DNA of 63,983 nucleotides, the filler included, from Perkinsus olseni (Eukaryota), in NCBI GenBank assembly GCA_013115125.1. It is 3 parts of 3 records of this genome, joined end to end, with 100 filler letters (N's around TTAATTAATTAA, not from the genome) between each part and the next. Parts side by side here need not be neighbours in the genome. Positions count along the whole stretch, not along the records: positions 45,025 to 63,983 come from JABANN010000606.1; 2 more parts are not named here. The stretch is one strand, 5' to 3'. The stretch's first letter is position 1. Each line of letters begins with the position of its first letter. Below are positions 49,014-60,236 of the stretch, piece after piece. Under the pieces are notes generated by a model. The model did no database searches. It saw only the letters and a list, made by a program, of their open reading frames with translations, and had not been told where the DNA came from. The translations under genes and the position numbers were made by a program.

Positions 49014-51326
49014 ATGGACTTCCAGCGAGCTGTGGTGAAGAAGCTGGGATGTCATGGCGAGCTTGCTAGCCAGAGCCTCACAATTTGCAATGAAATGGGG
49101 TTAATCTTGAATTCGGCCGTAACGCCGAATACTTCTCTCGCCAATTGCGAGGTTGCTTTGAATGAAGTGAGGGATCGTTGCGAGCCTGGGAAAGGGCCGC
49201 GATTCTTGTTTATGGATTGTAACTGCTGTGGGGGCGTTATCAAAAGAACTGATGGATCGCCGCCGCCACCGAGTCGTACGCAACGTGGGGAAGTAAAAAA
49301 ACTAGATGGATGCCATCTATTATTTAGATTAACGAGAGTGCTCCCAGTGGAGCACGAGAGGCGCCAACGTATGGTAGCGGACCTGGCGGCCGCTGTTTAT
49401 TCCATTAACCCTAATGACTTACGACTTTTACAACAAGCACGTAAGAAGGCCGGTAAAGATGTGAAGGGCCCAATCCGGGAGGCTGAGAAAAAATTTCTTC
49501 GGCGTTGGATTCCAAATCCGAAGACCCTGGAAGCAAGATTGATACATGTTGCTCGATCTCATTGGCTGATTGATCAGCAACAGAAGCAGCGTGCGGATGA
49601 TCTATCACGTAATAGTAACCAGTCCACCGCGCCGGGGGCCCCATTGCATCCATCGCGGTGTCTTGTGACACCGCAATTCTTGGAGAGCCTTGCTAGGCAA
49701 ATTGTCCATGTGAAAAATGGATGTGTTTCGGATAGCTTCTCTGCTAGTGACATCGGCCTCTACGTATCGCGTGGTGAGATCGACTATGAGGGATGTGGAT
49801 TCCCACTCAAGTGGTACTCTAGCTGCCGTGGAAGCAGCCACTGCGAAGCCTGTCATTCGAGTTTGATGAGATGGTATGATGGGTTACAAAACCTGGGTAG
49901 ACGTTTGTATCAAGCGCGTCTGGCATGGTGGATCCAGTTTTATAATAGAACCAAGATGCAAAAATGTGGCCAGAGGATGGGCTGTGGTACTCTATCTAGC
50001 AGAGAATGTGAGATATACAGGTTGCTTTACATGGATCATGGCTTCGAGGATTGGTCTATCGCAGCCTCTGGTGGTGATCTCCCTGTCATTGGATGGGCCT
50101 ACCACGAATTGGTCACTGGAGAGGCTACTAGGCCTCGGCCGCTTGATGAGATACCTGACAATGAATTCGACCAATTAGCCGACTGTGAGAATGGGGGCGC
50201 TGACGAGCAACAGGGTATGGACTTGGATATGGAATCGGAAGTGAATATGGAAGTCCCCACGGAGGAGTCTACATCATCATCGAAGATTTTTGAGAGCTCT
50301 ATCGATGTCATTACTGATATTGACCCTAGTGGCGACGGGCACGATGATGATAATAATAATGTTAATGTAAGACTGGTTCAAGTTCATATGCGATATTCCA
50401 TTTCTTTCCTTCAGGTGACAGATGATATGTGGGCTGCCATATTTCTCCAAACTCCCGGTCGGAGTCCTCGGGAAATCTCTCGTTTACGCAAAATGAGTGG
50501 CGCGCCGACTTTTGCGCCTGCTTGTGACTATAATGCCACAATGGCGTTGGCGTGGAATCGTCTTTGGCTTGGAATGAAGGAGAACGAACCGGCCGAGTCG
50601 CTTCTCCGGAAGTACAATGAGTACTGGGAAGACCGGCGCCTACGGTCACGGGACTCGTCAAGTCCTCCGGATCCTCTGCTGCCCGTTAGCTCAACTGAGG
50701 TCAAGGAGTTTATCCGAAGGAAATCTACCGACAGGTCATTACCAGTTCACCAAGGCTGTATTGATGAGCAGTCGCAGGCAATAGTAGGTGGCATCTTGGG
50801 TCGGTTGGGAGTTGGTGATGAATCTATATGGGGCGAAAGGCAGGATGCTCCTGTCTTGACGGTTGACCAAGTTATCGACTTGCCCCCTTCTCGTGAAGAT
50901 CCTCCCCCCATTCCTACAGTTGATGAAGTCTCCAGTCCGCCCAAGAAGCGCCCGAAAACGGAGAAGATAAGAACTGCTCTAGATAAGATTCCGGATGAAC
51001 GTCGGGAAAAGGCTATGGCAGCATTAGCATTGGTGGGATTAGAGCCTGTTATGCGCAAGAAAGGAGACCCACAGCTCTGTAGTACTTGCCAGCAATATCG
51101 GAGCCAGACAAATATTCTCGCCAATGGTGAAAGACATCATGTAATCAATCGCGGTGCCGGTGCTATGGGTGGTGGGAAACTTTGGTGCCCTTTCGCCGAT
51201 AGTCTTGAGGAGCTTGAAGCCGCTATGCGTGAGCGGAAGAAAAGAAGCGCAGAGCGCTATCATCGCTATAACAGTAAAAGGAAGAATAAAAAAGAGGATA
51301 ACAAGGTAGTGATGATCGACTGCTGA
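49014..51326 (+). CDS. DDE-transposase-like protein (MULE/ISL3-like D..DxxH..E pattern) with C-terminal Cys/His cluster
   Basis: FLFMDCNCC, KLDGCHLLFRL, SCRGSSHCEACH; C-terminal CSTC..HH..C and basic NLS-like tail. Possible in-frame intron at 50367-50414. Confidence 0.5.
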   Translation: MDFQRAVVKKLGCHGELASQSLTICNEMGLILNSAVTPNTSLANCEVALNEVRDRCEPGKGPRFLFMDCNCCGGVIKRTDGSPPPPSRTQRGEVKKLDGCHLLFRLTRVLPVEHERRQRMVADLAAAVYSINPNDLRLLQQARKKAGKDVKGPIREAEKKFLRRWIPNPKTLEARLIHVARSHWLIDQQQKQRADDLSRNSNQSTAPGAPLHPSRCLVTPQFLESLARQIVHVKNGCVSDSFSASDIGLYVSRGEIDYEGCGFPLKWYSSCRGSSHCEACHSSLMRWYDGLQNLGRRLYQARLAWWIQFYNRTKMQKCGQRMGCGTLSSRECEIYRLLYMDHGFEDWSIAASGGDLPVIGWAYHELVTGEATRPRPLDEIPDNEFDQLADCENGGADEQQGMDLDMESEVNMEVPTEESTSSSKIFESSIDVITDIDPSGDGHDDDNNNVNVRLVQVHMRYSISFLQVTDDMWAAIFLQTPGRSPREISRLRKMSGAPTFAPACDYNATMALAWNRLWLGMKENEPAESLLRKYNEYWEDRRLRSRDSSSPPDPLLPVSSTEVKEFIRRKSTDRSLPVHQGCIDEQSQAIVGGILGRLGVGDESIWGERQDAPVLTVDQVIDLPPSREDPPPIPTVDEVSSPPKKRPKTEKIRTALDKIPDERREKAMAALALVGLEPVMRKKGDPQLCSTCQQYRSQTNILANGERHHVINRGAGAMGGGKLWCPFADSLEELEAAMRERKKRSAERYHRYNSKRKNKKEDNKVVMIDC

Positions 51327-51796
51327 GATGGGGACGGGTGCGTCAGGAGCACCTACCACACATTCTTGAGCTTTTCAACAGGTACCTCTCGGTAATATTT
51401 TAAATCCCGAAACTTTCTGATCAACGTCGCCAGTACAGAATGCAAGGATGGAGACTAATAACGTGGGCCCTCACCATGATAAAATCGTACTGCGACTTGT
51501 TCTGGCAGGTACCCGGTGCACAGCTTGCTTGGGACGATATTAGGTCTCTATATATCGGTACTGTGCGCTCCAGTATCGGCGTGCGCTCCAGTTGCAGAGC
51601 GGATGACATCCCAAGAAGCCCATAACAGCGGAGATCCGAAAAAAGATCCGATCATCCCATTCCTCTTTTCTTTCTTCCTTTCGTCCTCCCTCTTCCCTCT
51701 TTCTTCTTCTTCTCCCCTCTCCCTTTTCTCTCCTTCCCCCCTCTCTTTTCCCCCCATGCGCGCAGCCGCTTTTCCCCCAGCCCGAGCAGAGCAGGC

Positions 51797-51849
51797 AGAG
51801 CGTGTGGCTGTTAACCACAAGGTCGGTGGTTCGAACCCATCGTGGAGCG
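51797..51849 (+). pseudogene. 5'-truncated tRNA-Asn(GTT) pseudogene
   Basis: Intact TGTGG-CTGTTAA-CCACA anticodon arm, GGTGG-TTCGAAC-CCATC T arm and 3' acceptor GTGGAGC-G; the complementary 5' GCTCCAC strand and A-box are missing. Confidence 0.8.
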
Positions 51850-52610
51850 CTTATTGGATTCCGTTGTCAAAAAGAAAAAACGCATTTGAAAAAAAAGCGG
51901 TAGTATTCTGCCAGCAGAGATACCCTATCTGATACCCTACTCAATAACGTAGCAGGTGGCTCGTTATTGCCTTTCTGGAGAATGCGCTTGGAAGCGCGGC
52001 TAGGCGAGCCTACTGCGTACTCCTCGGCCGCGCCCATGCGTTGGACATGGCACGGGAAGGCAGCCTGCCAAAGGTGAACGTGATGATAACGTTGTGATCA
52101 ACAAGCGCTATTGCTCTCCCACCAGGATTCTGCGCTCTTGCGTAGAGCGTAGCCCTCCACTATCACAATCGCCGACCGGCCTGGATCTCATTTGTCCCAT
52201 CCTCAACGGGAATCTGGACAAACAGGGACACAACGGACATTTGGCGTTAATGAGTTGTCGAGAAGGGGCAGGGAGTTGACCTCCGCGCCTCTCTTGCCGC
52301 TACTTCACTATCGGAAGACTCTTGCCTCGGCCGGAGACGCACTCGACCGTCATTGACGGTCATTCGACAGTAGCTGACAGAAGAACCGATAAGAGAAGGA
52401 TGGTAAAGGCGGTCCTGAAGCCCACTCCATTATGAAAGGTCGGCAATCGAGGCATGCGAAAATGGGCCTGGCTATCATGTAGCGGATGAGCTCTCGCCCG
52501 TGGTCCACAAGACTCGAGGGGAAACTCCCAACCAGCTCCGATGAGTAATAAAACTGCTTAGTATCAACCTGAGGCGTGAAAAATGGAAGCGAAGAATTGT
52601 CGGTTGGTAA

Positions 52611-54490
52611 TCATGCAAGCATGTCCGGAACTTGACTGCTACTTACTCGGCCACATAGTATGCAGATGGGGGCTCCAGCGCGGGAGGAAATCCGCTGCTT
52701 AGCTGCTTGCAAGCCGGAGTTCTCCGCCAATTGGCGTCTCAAGAAGGCACTGCCGCACTCTACCGCGTTATCGGCCGTCATCCTTGGCACCCATTCGTTG
52801 ATCGCATTCTTAAGAATATCGGGTACCGGACTATTGAGCGGTTGAACGTAACTGCAAAGCAACGAAGAGCACCGATGGCTGGCGCGTAGGTGAGGGCAGC
52901 CTCACCGCCCGTGAGTTTGCTCTTGGTGGAACATTCTGGGGCGGCCGCATGCCTCACATGGTACAGCTACTTGTTTAACTCCCTTGACGATGGAGGCCCG
53001 TAACCGCGGACCAGATACAGTGGAGGAGGGCTGGAAGCATCATTCGTTACGCCTGTGTCACTTGGTCTCCGGACCTACGTTCTGGCACATGCTCCTGGCA
53101 ACGAGCCTAGCAGCACACAGGCAGGCCAGCTCTGCTCCTCCTGCTGCACCTTGAGCGGAATTCGCTTCTGCCAGCGAACTCGGGGCAGAGGGATACCATG
53201 AGTAAGGGCCAGGTCAGCCAGAAGGAAGTTCGACCAGAGCAAGGAAGACTCGTGATCAGTATGGGTTGCAGCGGGGCATGTAGCCTGACCGAACGATGAC
53301 AGCGTCCGTCGAAAGACGCCCGCTGAAGAAAGCTCACCATCGCCGCAAGATAGAGCAGAGGTACGAAAAGTCTGGGCCCCCAAGCTTCGTCATCAGGATG
53401 ACAACTGACCGCCGCAGCAGCATAACGACACACTTGCAGGCCCTTGAAAGGAAAGGAAAACCGCTGTAGTGAGTCGCAGGACCTCTACTTGAGCCGGAGT
53501 AATGGGGGGATGCTCCATTGCTTCGATGAACTCTATTTCGTCCCCAGGCAATACCTGCTCCTTCGGCTCCAGGTGGGCCTCCACAGTCGACACTGAAACC
53601 AAGACGAGCTTAGGGCTTCTTGGCTCCAATCTGCGCACTGGTCGCTTCACTGTGCCCCCCGCGGACTACCTTACCAACGGCTGAGGCAGTCTTCAGTGTG
53701 AGTTCCTCAACATTGACCGAGGCTATGAGGTGGACTCGCCGAAACCTTCCAGGTGCGGTGACTCGCTGTATCGTCCCCGAAGTGAGACTGATTCCGTCAG
53801 GGTCGGCGGTTTGACATACCTCAACACAGCTCAAGCTCAGCAAGCGACGATGGCGGGAAGTGTCTTCACTACGATAATCAGACTAGGTGATGGGCAGTTG
53901 AGAAGCCTGGGTAACTCGGCATCCACCCCAGGAATGAAGTCGCTGAAGTATGCCTCGACCTCCTGCTGTAGGTCAGCCTCTGACTTGCTCGACGAGATCA
54001 GCACCACCACTTGGCATCCTGGTTTTCGTGAGCTCTCGGCTGGCCACGAGCAATACCCTCACCGATGCATGCATGCGCTCCAATAACTGCTTCCGTCGCC
54101 TCACAGGCTTCCTCTGCCGCAGTGTATCCCAGTATCACCGACCCATCGTGGCGGCAATAGTACAGAGAGATCCGCCCGCCCTGGGGCTGACCACATTCTG
54201 GTGCCGCCGCAAGCGACAACGAGTCGATGATGGCCGAATAGACGGCCCCGTCTGTGGCACGCGAGCGTATCACCTCAACAAGCTCGATGATACCGCGACA
54301 CGACCGATGCCCCTACCCCAACGACCTGCCGTCTTCGAGTGTCTTGCACATGACTGATGCTGAGGTTCCTCTCGATTTCCCTCTCTGTTTTGATGACGTC
54401 GAGTATAGCATCATCCTGCGGTATAATACAGGATCGGCAATGCCACCTGCAGCGCACTGTAGCAAAGCCCTTCCGAGCATGGCCACTTGA
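52611..54490 (-). CDS. Hypothetical multi-exon protein
   Basis: Chain of coding-like minus-strand segments with GT-AG boundaries; no family recognised. Confidence 0.35.
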
Positions 54491-54808
54491 CACCTGTTCT
54501 CTGCTATATTAAAGACAGGCACATCTGCTAGATTGAACGCTGCAGGAAGGTGTCGGAAAGGCGGCTCTCCGGAATGCGTCATTTACCTTCGGGAGAATCT
54601 ATGAAGTCTGAGCAGCACCGAGGGCTGTGCGGCGCGAAGTTCACGAGGTGTACTGCGGGGCAGTGGGAACCTCTCACTGTCCACTAACTAATGGCAGCTA
54701 TGGCTTCAATGCATTCTCGTCAGCTAGAAGACGTAAGGATGGCTAGGTTACTTCCACCAAGTGGCGATTTCAGCAACACAAATCCGTGAGAGCACTTCTC
54801 GAGAGACA

Positions 54809-56280
54809 CTAAAAATCGCGAAAAGCATCCGCCGAGCTGCTGGTGAAGGACTCATCGTCAACATCCGTACACCACAGTTCATTCCCCAGATCGGAGTCCC
54901 ACTCTGGCGGGGGCATATCATCGGTGATGCCGGCAAAGTAGGGATGGTTGAGTGTTGCTTCCCAGTCAGCGAGCCGCCTTGACGGATCTGGTTGTAATAG
55001 GCTCTCCACCAAGTCACGCAGGTCACGTGATGGCTGGAAGCCGGCGGCCCAGTGTATCGTGCTCGGGCTGCCTGAACACATACTGCTGCTAGACATCCAC
55101 ACGATTTTACTCTGCAGAGAGGTGTGAAGAATCCAGCAATGGCGATGATCTTGGCAGTACGAGAGAGCTCATGGCAGCAGAAATTGATTGAATAGTTGTG
55201 GTAGCGAAGCAGCTCATCACTATCCGGTACTACCTCTTGAGAGCTCGAAGAGATCTCCTATGTCACCATTCCTGTACCCAAACGGCGGCTTCCCAGTGAG
55301 CAGCTCTACCAATAAAATACCCAGCCCCCAGAAGTCCACAGGATATCCGTAGCCGCTAGTAGTAGCGACTCTTGTATCGTGGTCGAGGCCTGACAGTGCT
55401 CGTACCTGCAAGAGAAACTCGGGGTGAAGGAAGCACCGAGTGGAAATCGGACCTCGGGAGCCATGGCATGATAGGTACCACAAACTGAGTAGGTTCTGCC
55501 TGTCTTGGAGATATTCTTGCACATACCGAAGTCAATGAGAACAGGACGTCCCTCAACCAGTAACACATTGCTGGCCTTAACAAACAGGGAGAAATACAAG
55601 AGCTGCGCGCAGGAGGCCCGCAGTGCCTTCAAGTCCCGATAAATGTAACCCTCTTCATGCATTATCTTTAACGTTGATGCTATGTAGTGTATATAGAACC
55701 TTACAAGAACTACATCTATTGCGGTCGACCCTACCTCCCCAGGGAAGACGACGATCGCACAGCCCATAGTACTTGGTCCGGAACTCCGAGAAGTGTCCGC
55801 CATCTGCGTGTTGGAAGTGATGGTGGAGTGGGTCGCCCCTCATCGCTGTGAGAACCAGGCACACTTGAGTTTGTGTTTTATATGTTCCCAGCAACACACA
55901 ACACCGCCCTCGTAAGCTAGGGTTCTAATGACAAATAAGCATACTCTCAATGACACGCCCGAATAGACTGCCGATCACCTGCCTTGCCATATCTGCAGCT
56001 TGGCGCTCCTCCCAGACGTGCTCGACTTGCTCACGACTGCGCAGCTGACCGGTCTCGATCATTTTCACTACACATAGTGTCCCCGCAAGCCCTCCCACCT
56101 AACATGAATCCCTCAGAGATGGAAACAAGCGCAAAGCCGAAGCAGGTGCCGAGGGAAGGCTGTTACATCCTCCTCTATCTTAGCCACCCAAACTTTGGAC
56201 TTCCGTCCGCTATGTATTGACCTGATGAAGTCGAAGCTCTCAGGGCCTTTGAAGCATATTGAGGAGGAGGGTTCTTTCAT
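54809..56280 (-). CDS. AGC-group (PKA/PKG-like) Ser/Thr kinase, multi-exon
   Basis: VVKMI, EHVWEER, IYRDLKASNVLL, LIDFGMCK, TYSVCGTYHAMAPE, VDFWGLG, HPYF and C-terminal FRDF*. Confidence 0.88.
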
Positions 56281-56884
56281 CACCGAAAAAAGACAAAACC
56301 ACGCAGGTCACATTCCCATACCATGCATTGAGCAGCGTTTAGTTCGTCTCGAGGCAGCCTTCAACATCTCTACCATTTGCGACGGCCTCTAGCCTCCACT
56401 ATCCAACATAATATTCCAACGACTTCCGCTGCTTCGCCCACTGACTACTGTGCTGCATTGACCTACTGCAATAACTCAACAGCGAAATCGACTGTCAAGC
56501 GACCCTTTTCATGATTAAGAAAGACGTTAAGGAAGGAGATAGATAATATTACACATCCTGACGATATGGTTGCTGCCGCTGCTGCTGATGATGATATTAC
56601 GGATTAATCTCAACAACTATGATAATAATAATGCTATCAAATGCTACACTTCACAAACAAGAGTTTAGTAAGTCAACGACGACTATGGTCATCATCATCA
56701 CCATCATCATCAAACCACGGAATACAACCTACAGGATGCTACTAGTCATCACTACGCGTCGGCATTCCAATCTCGAATAAGTATTAGGGGAACTCATAGG
56801 GGTAACAACAACAGCAGCAGCAGCAGTAGGAGTAGCAGCAGCAGAGCCATACGCAGGAATATACAACTACATCAGCGATAATGA

Positions 56885-59800
56885 TTATAACTCTTCTGGC
56901 TCATCAGGCGAATCCATCTCCAACCGCGGTCGCTTGACGTCGGGAACATCTTCTCCGAAGAGCTCAAGCTCTTCATCATCATCTCGATCAATCGGCCGTT
57001 TAGTCGACGAAGCCACATCTTGCTGCTGATCTTCGACAGGTGACGATTCCACCACAGTAGTAGCATCAGAAGCTACTTCAGGCTTCCTGGCGTTAACGGT
57101 CATCAGCGCACGCAAGTGAGCGGCAACGCTTTGGCTCAGTGGACTAAGCCACTGCGACTTGGTGTTGTAACCACCTTCTAAGACGCTCACGACACGACAC
57201 TCGGCGGTCTGTGCAGCAACCGCCATGACCTGCTCAGTCATCCAGTAGAACTCTCGCTCGGAGAAGTCACACTCCCCTTGAGCGAGGCGGTCCCTCAAGT
57301 GGGCATCAAAGCCGGCAGAGATGAGGATCAAGTCGGGCGAGAATTGAATCAATGCTGGCAGTATCCGGTCAGTGAAGGCCTTGCGAAGATCCTCCGGCTT
57401 GGAGTCAGAACTCAGCCCGACATCCACTATGTTACGGTCGGCTTGGCCGTGATCAGACATAACGTCTTGAGTACCATCAGCGTACTCTGTGGTGATGGCC
57501 GCATGCCCCTTGCCTCGAGCCGTGATTTCTACATCATCTCGCGAAGTAGGGCCACTCCTCGGATAGAAGCGGCCGTCAAACCGATGAACCGAAGCGAAGA
57601 AGACATTATCACGATCAGTAGAAGGGTCGACCCAAGGCATCAGGCTGGACCTAGTGATGGTCATCTCACAGCCGGCTACACGCATCTGCTTACGGACAGT
57701 GACTGGCCCAGAGAGACCGCGCACGATAGCCTCGGTACCATTACCGTGGTGCACATCGAAGTCAACAATGGCAACACGCTGAATGGTAGACCTGTAGTTG
57801 CTGAGGGCATAGGCGGCCGATATGGCGACATTATTGAGAAGGCAAAAACCTTGAGATCCATCTCCTTCCTCATCCTCGTCCTCTAATTGGGGGTTAACCG
57901 CTCCACGAGAGGCAACATGATGGCCTGGCGGTCTGATGATAGCCATAGCATTGCGATAGCCAGTACCAGAGCAGACCTGATCGGTTGCCAGCACGGCGCA
58001 GCCAGCGGCCTTCCGTGCTGCCGCCCAAGAGTCGACCGTTACAGAGGTATCAGTCTTGTCTATGGGGATACTTCGACGGTTGAGGTTGGTCTCTCCCTCA
58101 GCTAGAGCTCGCTTCCTCAAAGCCTCACATTTGGTGATGATGGGTTCAACGTAATTCCAGTCATGGACACGTAGAATGTCCGCCATAGGGCAGTCATTGA
58201 CCGAGGTCTCCAAGAAGAGCTTTGAAGCGAACTCCGGGTGATGGACCGTACCTCTCGTCGAACCTATGACGCCGCCTGTCAGCACCTCAACTCTAGAGGG
58301 GTTCTCGACCACCCTTGTGAAGCGCTTGAGACGACTATGAAGATCGCCGACTGCATGAGGACCTTCGGGATCGACTCCCATATGGTTGAGCACGCCCGAG
58401 TCGGTGACAACCAAAGTGCTGCCACCACTCAGAGCCCTCTCTTCAAAATCTTCAGGGAGGCCTGGCTGACCGGCTGCCAAGGCAGCGATCAACTCGTCGA
58501 ACTCGGCCGTTGTCCCATGCGAGTCGGCCACCGATCCGGCACGATCGAGAACAGCATCGGGCATGACACTTAGTCCGCCCATCAGAACGGCAATCTGGAA
58601 GGCCTGTCGCCAAGCATAGCGAGAAATGGCGAAGACGAATATGTGCAAGCCGTCAACCTGCTGATCGACCAGCTGATCTGAAGTCGAGAGACACTCGACC
58701 ATCTGACCGGAGGGGTCCTTGTTGTCAATGGCGTAGTGCAGAGGCCACCATCCGAAGCGATCCCTCTGAGACAGCAGAGGATAGATCTGCTCTTCAGACA
58801 TCCCCTTAGTGATGGCATCGTAAAGAGCCGCACCCGCACCACTGAGAGCACAGATGTGGATAGCATTACGACCGTAGTAGTCGAGGGCAGTCGCCATGTC
58901 AACACCAGGATGGTCAACCAAGAGCCGAATGAGGTCGATGGCACCCTCGACGTCGAACGGAGCAGTAGACATTGCCAAGTGCACAGTCGGGAGGTCGTCG
59001 AAGGGCCTAGTGGCTAGGCTGCGAGAAAATTTAGTCTTTTCTAAGATATCGATTTTTGACCTAATACTATCACTCAAATTTTCTACACCACTCTCAACTA
59101 TACAATTTTCCGCATCAACTACAACTATTTTCCCATCAATAATTTTCAGATGTCCAACGCCTTCAACCTCAATATTAGTCACATGACGCTCGAAAGCCGA
59201 CTGGCAGTAGTTGATATCGGCCTCCAGAATCGCTTTAGCAGATTGCGTCAAACCATACAACAATGCCAGATGAAGAGGTGAACGTCCTAGACCATCTACT
59301 TGATAATACATCGACTCCGAACCAGTTTCGTTCAAATAAGCAGTGATATCATCAGAAGAGTTCTGAAGTACCAACTTGTGTAACGCCGGGAACATGCTCC
59401 CACCGGGGAGACCACCAACCCCACCAGTGAATGACACCTGATCGTCTTCAACTTCCAACTCGTCCATCGCCTTCTTATCCATAGCTTCTTCTTCCTCCTT
59501 AGTATGATGGTGGTGATGCTGCTGTTCCTGAACGTTACCATCTCCATCACCGTCTTCCATATTCATATCCCCTTCATCTTCATCCATCAGGCTACCTCCA
59601 GAGCTGCTCTCCTCCGACCCCGGAACGTAATCCTCATCATCACTGTCATCATCATCGTCATCATCATCATCATCATCATTTTCCTCAGAAGTTGTAGGTT
59701 CCCCAGTCGAACCTCCCCCAGTGTCACCATTGAGGTCGATCATACCATCATCATCCACAGGGGCCACGAGGGCACCACCATCTTCGTCTCCCGTCTCGTG

Positions 59801-59941
59801 CATACCACCCGCCGAAGGCTTCACCGACTCTTCGTCCATGATGTCAATGTCGTCCAGATTGGGAAGCTCCTCGTCAACGGGCACTGCTCCCTTTACCAAA
59901 GGGGGATCAATCTCATCAATACTGGAAGGGTCACCGGACAT
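56885..59941 (-). CDS. Ankyrin-repeat + Zn-dependent histone deacetylase (class II-like) with acidic N-terminus, intronless
   Basis: ANK motifs GRSPLHLA, GRNAIHICA, GWWPLHYA; HDAC motifs RPPGHH, GFCLLNNVA, DFDVHHGNGT, SAGFDAH, LEGGY. Confidence 0.93.
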   Translation of the reverse strand: MSGDPSSIDEIDPPLVKGAVPVDEELPNLDDIDIMDEESVKPSAGGMHETGDEDGGALVAPVDDDGMIDLNGDTGGGSTGEPTTSEENDDDDDDDDDDDSDDEDYVPGSEESSSGGSLMDEDEGDMNMEDGDGDGNVQEQQHHHHHTKEEEEAMDKKAMDELEVEDDQVSFTGGVGGLPGGSMFPALHKLVLQNSSDDITAYLNETGSESMYYQVDGLGRSPLHLALLYGLTQSAKAILEADINYCQSAFERHVTNIEVEGVGHLKIIDGKIVVVDAENCIVESGVENLSDSIRSKIDILEKTKFSRSLATRPFDDLPTVHLAMSTAPFDVEGAIDLIRLLVDHPGVDMATALDYYGRNAIHICALSGAGAALYDAITKGMSEEQIYPLLSQRDRFGWWPLHYAIDNKDPSGQMVECLSTSDQLVDQQVDGLHIFVFAISRYAWRQAFQIAVLMGGLSVMPDAVLDRAGSVADSHGTTAEFDELIAALAAGQPGLPEDFEERALSGGSTLVVTDSGVLNHMGVDPEGPHAVGDLHSRLKRFTRVVENPSRVEVLTGGVIGSTRGTVHHPEFASKLFLETSVNDCPMADILRVHDWNYVEPIITKCEALRKRALAEGETNLNRRSIPIDKTDTSVTVDSWAAARKAAGCAVLATDQVCSGTGYRNAMAIIRPPGHHVASRGAVNPQLEDEDEEGDGSQGFCLLNNVAISAAYALSNYRSTIQRVAIVDFDVHHGNGTEAIVRGLSGPVTVRKQMRVAGCEMTITRSSLMPWVDPSTDRDNVFFASVHRFDGRFYPRSGPTSRDDVEITARGKGHAAITTEYADGTQDVMSDHGQADRNIVDVGLSSDSKPEDLRKAFTDRILPALIQFSPDLILISAGFDAHLRDRLAQGECDFSEREFYWMTEQVMAVAAQTAECRVVSVLEGGYNTKSQWLSPLSQSVAAHLRALMTVNARKPEVASDATTVVESSPVEDQQQDVASSTKRPIDRDDDEELELFGEDVPDVKRPRLEMDSPDEPEEL

Positions 59942-60236
59942 ATCTTGTCTCTAAATCACAAATAATAGCTCTGGAAATCGTTGTTTACAGTTATGCGACC
60001 CGATAAACAGCGTCACGCGCCCAAAAATTATAGCGCTCGCCTCTACAATCGATTTGGACAACACAACATGCTAGTTCAACGAACAAACATTAAAAATCGT
60101 CGCAAAGTTGTACCACTTCGAAGAGAACTCCCAACGGCAACAGCAACGCGTCCGTCAGGACATCGGTGTAGCGCACAGTGGCAAGATGGAAAAAAGCAAT
60201 CGTTCAGAGCATAAGGCATTCATGATGAGCGGCTCA

